Below the pieces are notes generated by a model. It was given only the letters and a program-made list of their open reading frames with translations. It searched no databases and had not been told where the DNA came from. Of a DNA stretch of 64,000 nucleotides, positions 50,901 to 64,000 are shown piece after piece; position 1 is the first letter of the stretch; every line of letters begins with the position of its first letter. Location of the stretch: assembly GCA_002633005.1 (NCBI GenBank), contig NMRA01000036.1, positions 1,226,139-1,290,138 of the forward strand. Direction: 5' to 3'. Made by a program: the position numbers and the translations under genes. This DNA comes from Phoronis australis. Lineage: Eukaryota > Animalia > Phoronida.

Positions 50901-53900
50901 AAAAATCAAGATGGCTGACAAAATGGGCGCCAAAATGGCTGCCAATTCACAAACCTCAATTTACCGCATTTACGTTCTGCAAACTTTGTTTGTAACCTGA
51001 TACGTATCTACACAAAAACATTTTACAATCTACAGTCAGGGTTAATGAGTTGATCGTTTTTATAATTTGTTTTTAAGATTTCGATACAAAATGTGGAATT
51101 TTAATCACATTTTAGATTATATTACATAAAAGTTGGTGTGTTTTTCAGAAAAGGCTTTAGTTAAATTTTCATAATAAATTTCACAAACTCAATTATTTTT
51201 CTGAAAAATATATTCATTTGAGGTATCAAAAATAATATTTGTTAGAAAAATATGTTATTCTGGTGGAGTTATTGGCTGATTCATTATACAAACCCTTAAT
51301 AAAATTGGGCAGGAAGTGGTTTTTTCCTTGCTATTGGAGATATTGTTAGTTGTTCCCAAGCATTGATTTCGTCTGCTACTGGCATGTTTTGAGAATTTGG
51401 CTGCTGATTTCTCCTGAATTTGAAGAAAGGGCAATAGGATTGTGTAACAAAAAGTTATTAATTAAATTTTAATAGTTAGGACTCAAAATTTGTTCAATAT
51501 GCATGCTTTTTATGAACACAGGTAACTGATTGTAGAGGAAATTAGTGCCAGCAAACAACTGAAAACGACAGTGATCTGCAGTCACGTGTTCTTAGCCAGG
51601 CTTGGAAGATTTCGTACTGAGATGAGCTTTCTGGGATGTATTGGATACGTAATGTCAGGCACAGGGCTTCAAGAAGTTCTTGACACGGTGCATGCATCAA
51701 ACAGTGTGATCCTTATGTTAAATGGAAAAAGTGTGGATAGAGCAGTGAGGGGGCATATGTTGGTAGACTCGGCACTGAATGCTATCATAAAAGTCAGAAC
51801 ATTCAACATCCCACTTCCAAATATTGACAGACCAAGTAACGCTAATCCAAAACCAATGAAGAAAGAAATTCAAGTTCTTCAGAAATTCCAGGAGCCCAGA
51901 ATGTCACGAACACAGAACATACAAATTCCATGCCAAGAGGTGGAGCAGTTCAATGTATGTACACAAATTTTGACTCATCAAAATATGGAGACAGATTCTT
52001 CAGACATCCCAGACATCCCAACTGATCACTTAACTAGATGTATACTCTGGGGTATGCCATGCCCAGCCATTTTCTTCCGATTCTGAACCTTGGATTATAG
52101 TGGAATGCCCTCACGAGAGTTCACTTCTGGCTTCCGACCTACTGCCATTGGTATATTCTAACACGACTGAATCAGAGTATAGGTCTTCAGAATTTGCAGT
52201 GACAGAGAATAGTTCGTCAGAAGAATCAATGGCCAATAATATTCTTCATGATGATTTGAGAGCTGGTCTGAAGCGGTATGATGATCTTATTGCTGGCATG
52301 ACGTCTGTGTACGACGATGTATGCTCGTCGGAGTGTTTTATAGTGGGTATTCATAAAAAATGGAAGCACATAAATCAAACTTGAGCTTGCAAAGTCAAAT
52401 CGTTAGTCTTTGACTACGTTATATGAAGATGACTGACATCCTTCGACTTTTTCAAAAGCAGAAATAAGGTCAGTTTGGGAGCTTCATCTAAAAGCAGTTT
52501 CTGAAATGCTGCCTTACTTTGCAGCTGCTGGTCACAACTGACTTATGCAAAATCTTCATACATATACTTGAAACAGACATAGCAACTCAGACACCCGTCC
52601 AGATGTCTACGGCCAACACACCATAAGACAAAGTGAGAGATTCTGGGCAGGCTTGTCATAATGAGATATGATCTTGTAATTGAACAAACGCTCATGAAAA
52701 GTATTAAAACAGCAAGAGGTTTAACTAGAGGTTGCGAAATGGGAGATACACAGAGTGCACCATGGCTGAATTCCTTTCCGGCATGCTTAAGTATCAATGG
52801 TGCCATGCAGACTATGACAAACTTGAGTTGTGAAACAAGTCAGCGGCATAAAGAATGTACCCAGGCAAGACAGTCGCGTGACGACAAAGACATCCGCAGG
52901 CTTGTTGAATTCCTCCTCAACAGTAACCCATTTTAAAGAGATACGTTACAAAACATCGCCACTGGTGTGACTGCAGGCACATGCGTCAGTGCCGGAAATG
53001 CCAGAGAAGTGGGGAAGGCAGTTCACTTGTCTATGGAGAGGTCAAGTGTGAAAGACTTCACATTCAGAAAGAAAGACAAGGTTGTGGCAATGAGAAGTCA
53101 ATCAGTTCATGCTGCTAATAGTAATTTTACTCAAGTGGATCCACGACTGCTATTTCAGCGAATCCTAACAACTGCAAAACACAACAGTGAAAGTTCATCA
53201 AGTCTTTTGAAGTTTGAGCTGTGTGTTGGTTTCCCTGCTCCTTTTGATACATCTGGTCTTCCCAGAGTCGCTAATAAATCAATATGAGCTGATGCACTCC
53301 GGGTCCAGTGGGGAACCAGCTGAAGATTTCAATTTCCAGAAAACACGGTGATGCATGTAATCGACATCGGTTCTCTCCTTCACCGTTTTCCATGGCTTAG
53401 AGGTGCAACGTTTCAGTCATTTGGTAGAGCTTATGTGGATTACATCAGCAAGTGCACCCAGCTTTAAGTGTTGTTTTTGATGGTTACTGAGATGGACCAT
53501 CAACTAAAGATGTCTCTCATCTTCGAAGACTGGGTGGGGTAGTTGGAACTGAAGTTCACTTCAATGGTAACATGGTGATCAAGTAAAAAAGGAACATTTT
53601 TGGCCAAGAGCAAAAATAAACGATTCATTGACTTCTTGTCAAGTTTGCTAGGAAATGCTGGTTGCACAGTGGTATAAGCTCAAGGTGCAGACGATACAGA
53701 CTTGTTGGTTCTTTGGTGTTACCATGCTACTTCACAACAAATTCCAATGTTCATGTAATTTGACAAGAGGTACCAAAGGAAGAGAAGAGTCTGGAACATC
53801 AAGGAACTGCAGTTGTCTCTTGGTGCTGAAACTTGCACAGTTTTGCCATTTGCACGCAATAGGTGGTTGCAACACATTACAGCTGTTCGGTATTAGCAAA

Positions 53901-54724
53901 GGCTCTCCCATTCAAGAAACTGGACGCATGCAGCTGAAACAAGACATATTTGAAGCTTGTAAGAGTTGTATCTGTGCTTCGTGGCGGTACTGGCTCTGGA
54001 AATTTGGATGACTTGCGATACAGGCGATTTGTGGGTGAGGTGTCATACTAACCACAGTCCAAATACAGTCATTATCACCAACTTTCTTTGGTAGCTAAAT
54101 TCCATGCTGCCGGCAGGGGACATATTATCAAGAGCAAGAGCGGTCAAGTTTCTGTGGCAGTGGCCTAGACTCGCTGTATTGGGGATGTGTGCGGGCAGGT
54201 AGAAATTCATTCCCACGACGATGGACCAGTCAGCAGCACCAGAGAACCGGAGAAAAGTAGTCAGATGCTCGTGTAAGACCAACTGCAGTTCCAAGAGATG
54301 TACTTGCAAGAAGTTAGGATTGCCGTACTCGGTTGCATGTGGAGAATGTCGTGGTTTTAGCTGCAGCAATTCATTCTCAGTTTGACAGAGATTAGTTGTG
54401 TAAATACTGGTTGATTGTGTATAGATTCACAAGCATTTACAACTTACTGGAAGTGACACAGACAGTGTGGACAGTAGATCACTGAATTAATTGCAGAGAA
54501 TTATTTTCGATACAGCACATTTTTCCAGAAAGAGAATGATTCTTCAGTCCAGGCAAACCTGATGTTTTTTACCCAAATAAGTTATTCGTTAAACCATCTT
54601 GAAAATGGTTGTCCTAATCATCAAGAGCCAGACAAAAATTATTGTAATGGACGTGCTGACCTAAAAAACTCAGGATATGGCGTGTCTCTGGAATCTGAAG
54701 TTCTTACACGAAGCAACTATTTGG

Positions 54725-56120
54725 TGGCCATATTAGAAATGGTGGAAGTAAATCAGAGCCAAACGCAATGAGTCTAAATGGATTAGTTGACCCAGAAAAC
54801 CTGTGAAACAATGTTTGAAGCAAGACCCACTAATCTGTTTGTGCGATTCGAAATAGTTTTGGGGGCCATCTTGGAAAATGGCTGATGATGTCACCAAAGC
54901 CATGCAAAACTTTTCCAATTGATTTTTTGAACCACAAAAGATAAGTAAACCTTTTTGAATTTTTACTCTATCACATTCCACTCTCGAGTTATAATGATCA
55001 TCTGCAAATCTGGCGGCCATTTTGTCCGCCATCTTGGAAATGGTGGAAGTAATCTGTCACGTTTTTCCCCGTGTGTGGGTGGGCGCAGGTTGTTACAGAC
55101 GGTGCTAATAGCTTTCGGTGTGAAGATTGACTGAAGACTGGTTCGAGTTAATCCTTTATTAATCCCGACCGTACGTTCACAAGCCTACTCAAACAAAACG
55201 TCCGACGTAATGTCTGTTTATGCTCCAGCCAGTGCTGCGAAGCCTTGACTTGTGTTGAACTTCTGAGATACTTCCAGCAACTGTTACACTCGTTGCTTCA
55301 ATAACCTGCTGTCTCTATAGCTGGCTCTCTATTGACTATCGCTGTAACTGCTGATTCTCTTCACTGCAACTCAATTGTAATCTCCCGATTAACTTTCTTG
55401 AACTGACTTGATCTCCAGACTTGATCTTCTTGGACTCAACTTACTTAATCTCACTAACACAAACCCGTGCTTGTGTATTTATAGCCTAATGCATTGTTCT
55501 GGAACTTTTCATCAATTCAAGCACATACCAGAACTTTCTGGAACCTACCCAATCATTCTACAAACATGTACTAGTCTCTAGAATATTCCAGACTTCATCA
55601 ATCACTGTCATGCTAGAGTCTTCTAGAAAGTTCCACACTATACTGTAGTAAACAAATTACATCATCACTGTTCTGACCTCAGTCTTCTAGAAAGTTCCAT
55701 ACTATTCTGTAGTAAACAAATAACATCATCATTGTACTTAACTCAGGGGTCATGCAAATCAAACTGAATAACAAAACAAAACAATACAACTAGTAATACT
55801 GTCAGACTATATTCTGACATAATCATTAGTGCCAAATGCAATGAGTCTCGAATTAGTCGACCCAAAAAACCTATGATGCGACGTTTGAAGCAAGACGACA
55901 CACTAATCTGTTCGTGCGAAGTTGTGCGACTCGAAAGTAGATTTGGCGGCCATCTTGGAAAATGGCGGACGGTGTCACCACAGCCATGCAAAACCATTTC
56001 CAATGGATTTTTGACCCACAAAATATCGGTAAACATTTTTGAATTTTTACTCTATCACAATCCACTCTCGAGTTCTAGTGAGCATCAGAAAATCTGGCGG
56101 CCATTTTGTCCGCTTTCTTG
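54725..56120. repeat. About 300-bp tandem subterminal duplication within Academ, second unit split by the solo LTR
   Basis: gaaatggtggaagtaa...gccaaa.gcaatgagtct...tttttgaatttttactctatcaca.tccactctcgagtt...aatctggcggccattttgtccgc occurs twice. Confidence 0.85.
55055..55819 (-). mobile_element. Solo LTR (765 bp)
   Basis: TGTCA...TGACA termini; 5-bp TSD TAATC at 55050-55054 and 55820-55824; TATAAATA (about 55480) and AATAAA (about 55157) read on the - strand. Confidence 0.85.
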
Positions 56121-57214
56121 AAAAACCAACTTCCGCCACTCCGATTCCAGTAGACTTTTTTCCCACTAAGGGGTGTGAAAGAATTTGATTTATGCAATAA
56201 AACCTTCTGTTGCAATTTTTTCCGGATTATCTGTAGAATGACTGGACTACATGGTGACCTCGATGTCTGGAGTGGCATGCAGAAGTGATTCCTGTCACCC
56301 CAGGAACTTCCAGATATAACCTCTTAACTCTGTGACTCTGTTGACCCAATTTCCAACATGGCAGATATGTTGTGACTGTGGACACTGGTAAATAAGAGCC
56401 CAAACAAAAGGGACTAACAGCAAAAAAGAATCCATGTGCTGAGGCTGTTGCAAACAAACCGTCTGTGAGCCAACACAGATAGAACTGAAGAAATACTGCA
56501 GAACTTGTTAAACGGGACTTGGTGGATCGACCAGTTCCGTTCTACAATGTACTTAGCATCTAAATTCGACTGTTCGTAGCCGATAAAAATAATTGCAGCG
56601 TTGTGTACTTTTTCGCATACGAGAGGATCATGGTGACAAATCATAGAGAGTGAAACAAGACAGAATTAGACAAATATACTAAGTTTATTATGCTCTAAAT
56701 ATAAAATACAAATCTAAGAACTTGCAACTCATAATTAGCTTCCGTCGTCGTCTCTGCTTTTACAAATAACCCAAAGAAAATACAAGCACGGAAAATAACG
56801 CGAAAAACGTTAAAGTTCGAATAAAAAATCCCAAAAAGCTAGTTAGCTATTTGTGATTCATTGCAGATAGGATCGAGAACCGGTAGAATCCGAGGATTTA
56901 ACTTTTGGGGCCTTTTTTATAGGCAAATTCGCTTCGCGAATGCATCAAATTACGCTGAAATAGGGTCTCAAGTTAAATGCAAAAATCAATCAAAATGTAA
57001 GTGAAAATTTCGTCATCGGAAGTACCAAATGAGGGGATCCACCAACAGACATGCCTTTAAAATATAACTGACCACTCTAACTTCTAGAATTAAACATAGT
57101 CTTTACTGACGAATCGACTCAACTCAACACTCGATCAACAGAGGGCGCTCCCGTCACACTTGGATATTACTCACGCACAGATATTAACAAAGTGTGCAAC
57201 TCCTCCAGTTCAAC

Positions 57215-60200
57215 ATGGCCACTAGAGAAGAAATTGAAGCAGCTGTCAAAGCAAAATTGTGAAAATGCCTAAACAAATTTATTTTACCAGCAAAAACTGT
57301 ACAACGACTACAGGTACCTACGGTTTAAGACTATAACGAAAAAGATTCTCAACTGCTATGAAGGGATAGATGAACTACACAAAGTGCAAATGGGAGCCAA
57401 ATGTAAAAGACTCGGACACTTCACCCACTTGTGTCGAACGAAAGATCCACAATTACCTACGAAGCAAAAAGCGACAAAACCAAAGCAAAACTACAAAGAC
57501 AGAAAGACCGTTGTATGGCAAGAAGATACCCCAACATGTTAAACAGGTGTTCTTCGACCATGACGTGGGACCCGAAACACACGCTGTGGTACGCTTGAGT
57601 GTGCCACATGTAATTGAGCCAATCAAGCTACAAGGAAAAGTCGACACAGCGGCGCAAGTAATTCTCATGAATATCTCGACTTTCAGAAAGATCTTTGGTG
57701 ACAAGTCCAATGAAATCTCCGGCGCTCATCAGTAAAATTAACCAGCTATGGTTGAGAACCAGTCAAAGCACAGCCTAAAGGCCACAAGCGACATAGAAGT
57801 AAACACGACAAAACAAGTCATCAGAGACGCTAGTAATGTTTTCACAGGTGTAGGAAAGCTGAGAAATTCCGTGACAAAATACAAGTCGACGAAACAGTTA
57901 TGCCCATAGCATACCCATCAAGAAGAGTATAGGAAAACTAAAAGAACAAGTGCTAAACGAGCTACGCCGAATGGACCACCTAGGGATCATAAAGAAGTAA
58001 GTCGAGGCGATGCCCAGGGTAAATAGCCTGGTGTGTGTACCCAAGCTTAAAAGCGAGCTGAAAATCTGCCGAGACTCGAAGCCGTTGAATAGAGCAGTCA
58101 GACGACGATACAATTACTCACAAACGCTGGACGAAGTGCTTGTAAAACTAAATGACTGCAAGTACTTCTCCGCACTGGACTAATCTTTAGGATATTGGAA
58201 CATAGAGATACATCCTGACAGCACGCCATTGCTCACCTTCAACAGTCCGTTTGGTAGATACAGCTACCAACGACTACCATTTGGTCCAAACAGCACTCGA
58301 GATGTTTTCCAGAGAGCGATCGACGAGATATTTGGGGACATCCCAGACTTCTCCTGCATTGCTGATTACTTTCCCGCAGCAGCACCAACAAAAGATACAC
58401 ACGACAAAGGCATTAATCAAATGCTGCAACGATGCAGAGATTCTGGATTCCGACTGAATCCAGACAAGGCTAAACTACTACCTAGTGAAGTCCAATATTT
58501 CGGACTCCTAACTTCCGACGGTGTAAAGCCTGACCCGAGAAACACAAATGCAAGAACTTCAATCAATGTTGGGATGTTTCACGTAACTAGGAAAATTCAT
58601 CCCGAATCTTTTAGCTAAGACTTTCGAACTGAGGAGCTTAGTCAAGAAAGACACTAAATTCCAATGGTCTGAACACCACATAAACATACTGGAAAGCCTC
58701 AAGACGTCTGGGGCAACAACTCAGACACTAGCCTATTTTGACCCAAACAAACACATAGTAATCGAATGTGATGCTTCACAGAAAGTGCTTGGAGCTTGTC
58801 TAGTCAAAACAAGCCGGTAAATTTTGCTTCTCGCAGCCTGACAGACGCGGAGACGAAATACTACAACATTGAGCGAGAAATGCATGGAGTAGTGTGGTTT
58901 ATTTTACACTACAAGCAATAGGTATTCAGAAAGCACTATGTGGTGAGAACTGACCATGCACCCCTGCAGCCCATCTTTAAGAAGGATCTGCAAAGCATCC
59001 CTCCACGACTACAGAGAATGGTGAGGATGCTGCAAGGCTTCAACATCACCATCACGTATAAGAAAGGAAAATATGCTTGTCCTGAATGCCTTCCGCGATG
59101 TATTTTAATAAAACCAAACCAAACCAACCACCAGTCTCACCTAATACAACAACTGTTGGAATCTTTGAAGTCAACACCTCATCACCAACAGACGTTGACA
59201 AAATCAGAATAGAAACAACTAAGGACCCCACACTTAACGAAACCTGCCAAATGAATCCCAACCGGATGGTCACTTGAAAAGAACCAGATGCCGAATCAAA
59301 CTATGGCGTACTGGAACTACATATACATGTATGATCTTGCTCTGCTGGACGGCCTTGTAGTAAGAGGCAGGAGAATCGTAAGAAGATGCGAAAACACTTT
59401 CTCAAGAAACTCCACAAAGTCCACCAAGGTATACAGAAAACATTAAACAGGGCACGTGGGAAGTTCTTCCTGCCAGGAATATCAGAACAGATGATCGTAT
59501 CATGCGCTGACTTTCTGGAGAACCAGCCTGCACAGAAACAACAAACATCCATCCCCATTTCCACCACCCTTTATATGTCACTGCAAGTTTGGGGATGGAT
59601 ATTTTCCAGCACAGACAACAGCATTACTCATACATCATTGACTACCACATCGGTTTTCCATGGATCAAGCCCTTAAAAACACAAGATGCATCTAAAGTTG
59701 TAGAACATCTTAGGGAGGTACGCAACCTATTTGGCTACCCATAAATCATCATCAGTGACCATGAAGCACAGTACACAAGTTTGCATGGAGTACAATATCA
59801 TCCACAGACCTACCGCGCAACACAGCCATTGGCATAACGGTGGATGCGAGAGATCAATAGGACGACTAAAAACACTACTAGAAAAATCAAGACGTGGCGG
59901 TGATATGAGCATAGAGGACACTCTTCTTAGCATCAGGGATACAACTCTCAATCATGGCTTCTCCATTTAAATTGATCTTTCACAGAAAGGTCAAGATCGA
60001 TTTGCCGTGCCTGCTACTCAGCATGCTGAATACATCGGAGTCCGATCAAGCCGGCACGCGGTCTATAAAACATTCCCTACAGAAGAATGTATCGAGACAT
60101 GATCCTAATTAACTCCAAGACGGCCAACAAATCATGATCGTCAAGAATCCGTGTGACACGAAAACCAAGTGGTCAAGTAGTACCGTAGAGTCTCTAGATC

Positions 60201-60450
60201 GAGAACGCTCGTATACAATCCAAGACGGTACCACTGGAGCTGAATACTCTCTCAATAGACTTCGTATTAAACCTAAATCTTGTAATGTGCCTGACAGTTT
60301 TCATCAACCCTCAAATCCGTCCACACCTTCAAAAGACACAAGCGTATCCGCAGAAGTACCGATGATGAGACAAAGGACAGATGTTCAACCAACGGATACA
60401 TTTAAGAACTTTATAATGACTTAGAATAGATGTGTAGTGTTCTAGAGAAG
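57215..60450 (+). mobile_element. Degenerate Gypsy/Ty3 retrotransposon internal region
   Basis: Protease KVDTAAQV; RT LTFNSPFGRY.YQRLPFG; RNase H ECDAS, YNIERE, TDHAPL, PPRLQR; integrase H..HQGI, NG..ERSI..LK. LTRs not identified. Confidence 0.9.
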
Positions 60451-60612
60451 CTATTCCAGTACTACGTACTGTATAGTTCTCTTAATATATATATACATTT
60501 CATTGAAAAGTAAACTGTTCTTGACCTTTATATTGCTTGTTCAACAAACTTTCGTATTGTCTACACAAATGTCATTCTTCAGATTGCAGTTAAAACAAAG
60601 TCTGCTACCCAA

Positions 60613-60614
<2 letters not shown>

Positions 60615-60705
<91 letters not shown>
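60615..60705. repeat. (CA)n microsatellite
   Basis: Pure AC run. Confidence 0.98.
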
Positions 60706-60706
<1 letters not shown>

Positions 60707-60915
60707 TTGTGTTTAACTTTCGAGTAATCAAGCAACACTGCCAAGTTCAGCTGCTCGTGTGGCCGTCCACGCAGTTTGATCTGTCGTTTAGTGCACTTTT
60801 CGACATCTGCACTTTTCGGCTTAGGCAATGCCCAAAAAGCAACAGGATATTGTTCTCGAACTGCATAACGGCTGTCGGAATTACACATGCCGTAGCAACA
60901 CCGTTTAACTATTCT
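60700..60915 (-). pseudogene. THAP domain fragment (transposase N-terminus)
   Basis: VKRCCYGMCNSDSRY...F.ALPKPK...EKC....GRP...LN, ending at the VC motif. Confidence 0.75.
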
Positions 60916-61398
60916 TGTCACATTTGAGATCAGGGACATACACTTGCTGCTTCGTGACCTGTGAAAAATTGCGCGCCATAAGTGCAACTGTTGAATGTAT
61001 AGTAGGTCATACAAACGGTGCTTGGTCAAGATTCTCCATTCTGCTACACGACGTTGTGTGTAACTGCAATATATTACACCTATTAGAAAAAATCTTGACT
61101 ACATGAAAATACACCAAATAATGACGACTTTTATTCCATTTAACGGTTCAATTTCAATCATAAAACATGTTCCGATGAGGTCGCGGCCCAAATAGAAATA
61201 TTGCGATTTGGATTCCGATACTGGCCTGGGCAGAAACACTGACTATTGTCCAACCACGATCAAGAGGAAAGTACATGCTATGCCAGCAAACAGCATTTTC
61301 GTTGGTATTATTCACTAATCAATTTCATATTGTAATGCTGTAACTCGTAGGCTTCAGTGGCTTCAAGAAATATTCTTAAGTGACTCCTGTAATATTAC

Positions 61399-61515
61399 AA
61401 ACCGGACGATCGCCGTACAAATAAAAAAAGTTCATGTTCAATCAACGTTTCGTCTATTCATTAGAAACGTTGATTCAACATGAACTTATTTATTTGTGCG
61501 GCGATCGTCCGGTTT
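61399..61515. repeat. Near-perfect 117-bp palindrome flanked by 23-bp direct repeats
   Basis: aaaccggacgatcgccg...tcaacgtttc / gaaacgttga...cggcgatcgtccggttt; direct repeats ttaa.tgactcctgtaat.ttac at 61376-61398 and 61530-61552. Confidence 0.9.
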
Positions 61516-64000
61516 TTCATTTTACTGATTTAAATGACTCCTGTAATGTTACGGATGCTATTCATCTGTCTCTCTACCACATGTAAATTTTGACATTCAA
61601 GTAAATTTTACTACTACCCTCTATATGACGCGGGTCATTAAAAGTAAACAACACAACTTTTGTGCAACGTATGATTTATCAGACTAACTTTTAATGGGAG
61701 CTAAATTTGTAAACATGCTTTTACAAAAACAACATAACATGTTTCAACTGCTTATTAATTGTTGAAACATTGTTTTACGACTAAACATTATTATGGTTAC
61801 GATTCAGCGCCGTAGTTCACTGGCTTTTTACAAGAAGGCAATTTTCCCATTTTCTATCATACTGTGATCCAGATATAACCAAAGTTCACGGTATATTCCA
61901 CGTCTGTAAAACAAACCAGGCTTGTGACATTACTAAATAACCTAATTTACGTCTCCGGTTTTTATTGTTCAGCGTAACTCATTAATTTTTCTAGCAATAC
62001 ATACAATTCCTGGGTTGAAGTCCGCAGATTGCAAGCCATTCGCTTGCACTCGCGGGATACAATATACTGTACGCATCTAGAATAAAAAGGTAATTTAATC
62101 CCGTCATTCATTAACTGCATTCCATTTTACACGAGCCCACAGTTTAAAGTTTAACATGCACAGCACGTACGCACTAGAGTGGTGGAAAATTAAGTAGAGT
62201 AAATAAGCCAATTAATACATTATGGGCTACAGAAGACACGCATATGAAATGGTGATTTCTCCTGAAATATCGAGAAAATTGCGAAAACAAAATTATGACA
62301 TCAATCCGTGGAATTAACGAGGTTGTTCGGATACTGAAGAGTGTAGCGTACAGATTATTCATGAAGTGGCAGGTCATTCGATGCCAGCAGAAATTTGCAA
62401 TTTTAATGGAAGTAAGGCGTTAGTTGTAATAATTTGAATACTTTTTTCTTTTTACCGAATGTAAACTACCAGTACGAATACAAACTCCGGGGCGGGTTTT
62501 GTGAAAACGTGGCTGGCTCTGCAAATTTCTGGTTTGATACTGCAGTCAATATTCGGTGCTCCAAAATCGAGCACATGTGTTTCTAAGGAGGAAAAATGAG
62601 CTTGTAATAATGCTGAATATTCGACACTATTCGCAATCCTCATGTTGTTTACTCTGCAACATGTTTTATACTGCAACATAGCTCGTTGCGTATCCCGGAC
62701 AAAATGGCTTACGGTAATTGTTTAAATAGCTCTTACTCTACCATTTGTGAATTGGTTTGTTTACCCTACTTGCTTACATATTTAGGATGATGGACAAAAC
62801 CGCGGCTCATGTATTCAACGAAGTCCAATTATTTCAGTTGGCACCATTTTGCTAGGGCAGGCTAGTAAGCTCCTGGGCCGTATTGACGAAACACTCATTT
62901 TTATCTCGCGTGGCTATTGAGCGACTATTTGTCCAAGTAAAATTTCAAAGTATAATTACTTCAAGGTAATGCTGACCTAGGCAACCGAACCGTAGTATGC
63001 CCAATAGACAACCAGAAATATGAGGTACGTCAGCGGAAATAGTCTTCTTGCCAACTTGTCGATAAACCTCGCCTTCTGGTGGGCGTAGGGATCTTTCAGG
63101 ACGATGTTTGAGATTCGAGCAATCAAGGGAAGTATTGGATTCTTGACATCTGACTCAGATTGACCTTCCTGTAAATAAATGACGTGGGATTATAAAGGTA
63201 GATTCAAGCGTGTTCTCGAACTGCAGAACAATGTTTTCTCTCCTAATTTTCAAATGAAATGCACTAAATGAAAGTGAAAATGGAAAAGTAACTGACACAG
63301 AAATCCAATACAAGGTTAAACTCTCAAAATAAAAATAAAATATCTTAATCAATTTAACAACACCGCTGTTCAAAATAACGCGTTTTTCCGTAAGATTAAC
63401 AATCATTTACTTGAGATTTTGCGGGCTTTAGAAGTAGCAAATATCCAACAACTGCATCGAAATCCAACTTCTTGATAGAAGCAGCTTCCATAGACAGTTC
63501 CAAAATTGGCTAGCCAGTCAATTTTGGTAAGTGATGGAACGGAGAGTATTAATTCTCTATTCTTGCAAGAACAGTAAGAATAACTGTTAGTCTTCTTGAA
63601 AAACTGCCACATTGACGACCACAGTAGATACACAGTAGGAGTGATTCGGTAGCCAGTGTCATTTTTTTTGAATGTGCTATTCTGTATAAAAACATTCATT
63701 TTTGTTATCAGCTTGCTAACTATCAAGTTTACATTACGATTTTTCAACATGAGTCTATTTCATTATAACCTATACACCCACGGCTGACAGACACACTTAG
63801 CATTTCTACTCTCGTGAAGAAATTTATTAACAAAGGCTATATAAAGTTGAAAACCTTTACAAGTAGAAACTGTCACAGTATAGTAAAAACTGTTTTTATT
63901 ACTATGAAAGGGTTTCCTTCCATTCCATGGTGAGTCATTGACAAACAAAAAGAGCGGGGTGTTCAGAAATACGCCGAATATCCAAGTGCATAAGAATATG

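Larger units (their letters stand above)
50438..56249 (+). mobile_element. Near full-span degenerate Academ transposon
   Basis: TIR tagtccagttattctag / gtagaatgactggacta extending about 170 bp; flanks caa/cat; RLGRF.TEMSFLG.IG..M.GTGL, RAVRGH, WELHL, DLVIEQTLMKSIK..GLTRG, VFDGY..GPSTKD, Cys8 finger at about 54265-54370; many stops. Confidence 0.85.

Overview
Eukaryotic genomic DNA, probably from a marine invertebrate (inferred from the repeat content), made up almost entirely of nested, decayed transposable elements. I can support no intact host gene, rRNA or CRISPR array. Retroelements: two degenerate Gypsy/Ty3 elements, a solo LTR, an L2/CR1 LINE, an RNase H-bearing I-group LINE and a split Penelope-like element. 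DNA transposons: Kolobok elements (TTAA TSD, THAP ORF plus an opposite-strand Cys-rich KolX/P2X7-like ORF), two ISL2EU-like copies (AT TSD), three Academ elements, CAG-terminated hAT-like elements with 5-bp TSDs and a MULE-like element with a 9-bp TSD. Several insertion orders can be reconstructed because removing the inner element restores the reading frame of the outer one. Weak remnants of Cys-rich, possibly secreted-protein exons lie at about 10.9-14.8, 16.4-17.0, 45.9-46.1 and 62.4-64 kb. A 975-N gap lies at 23907-24881. All alignments were done by eye and family names come from motif recognition, not database searches. No clearly new biological system is demonstrated; the findings are mostly unusual TE architectures.
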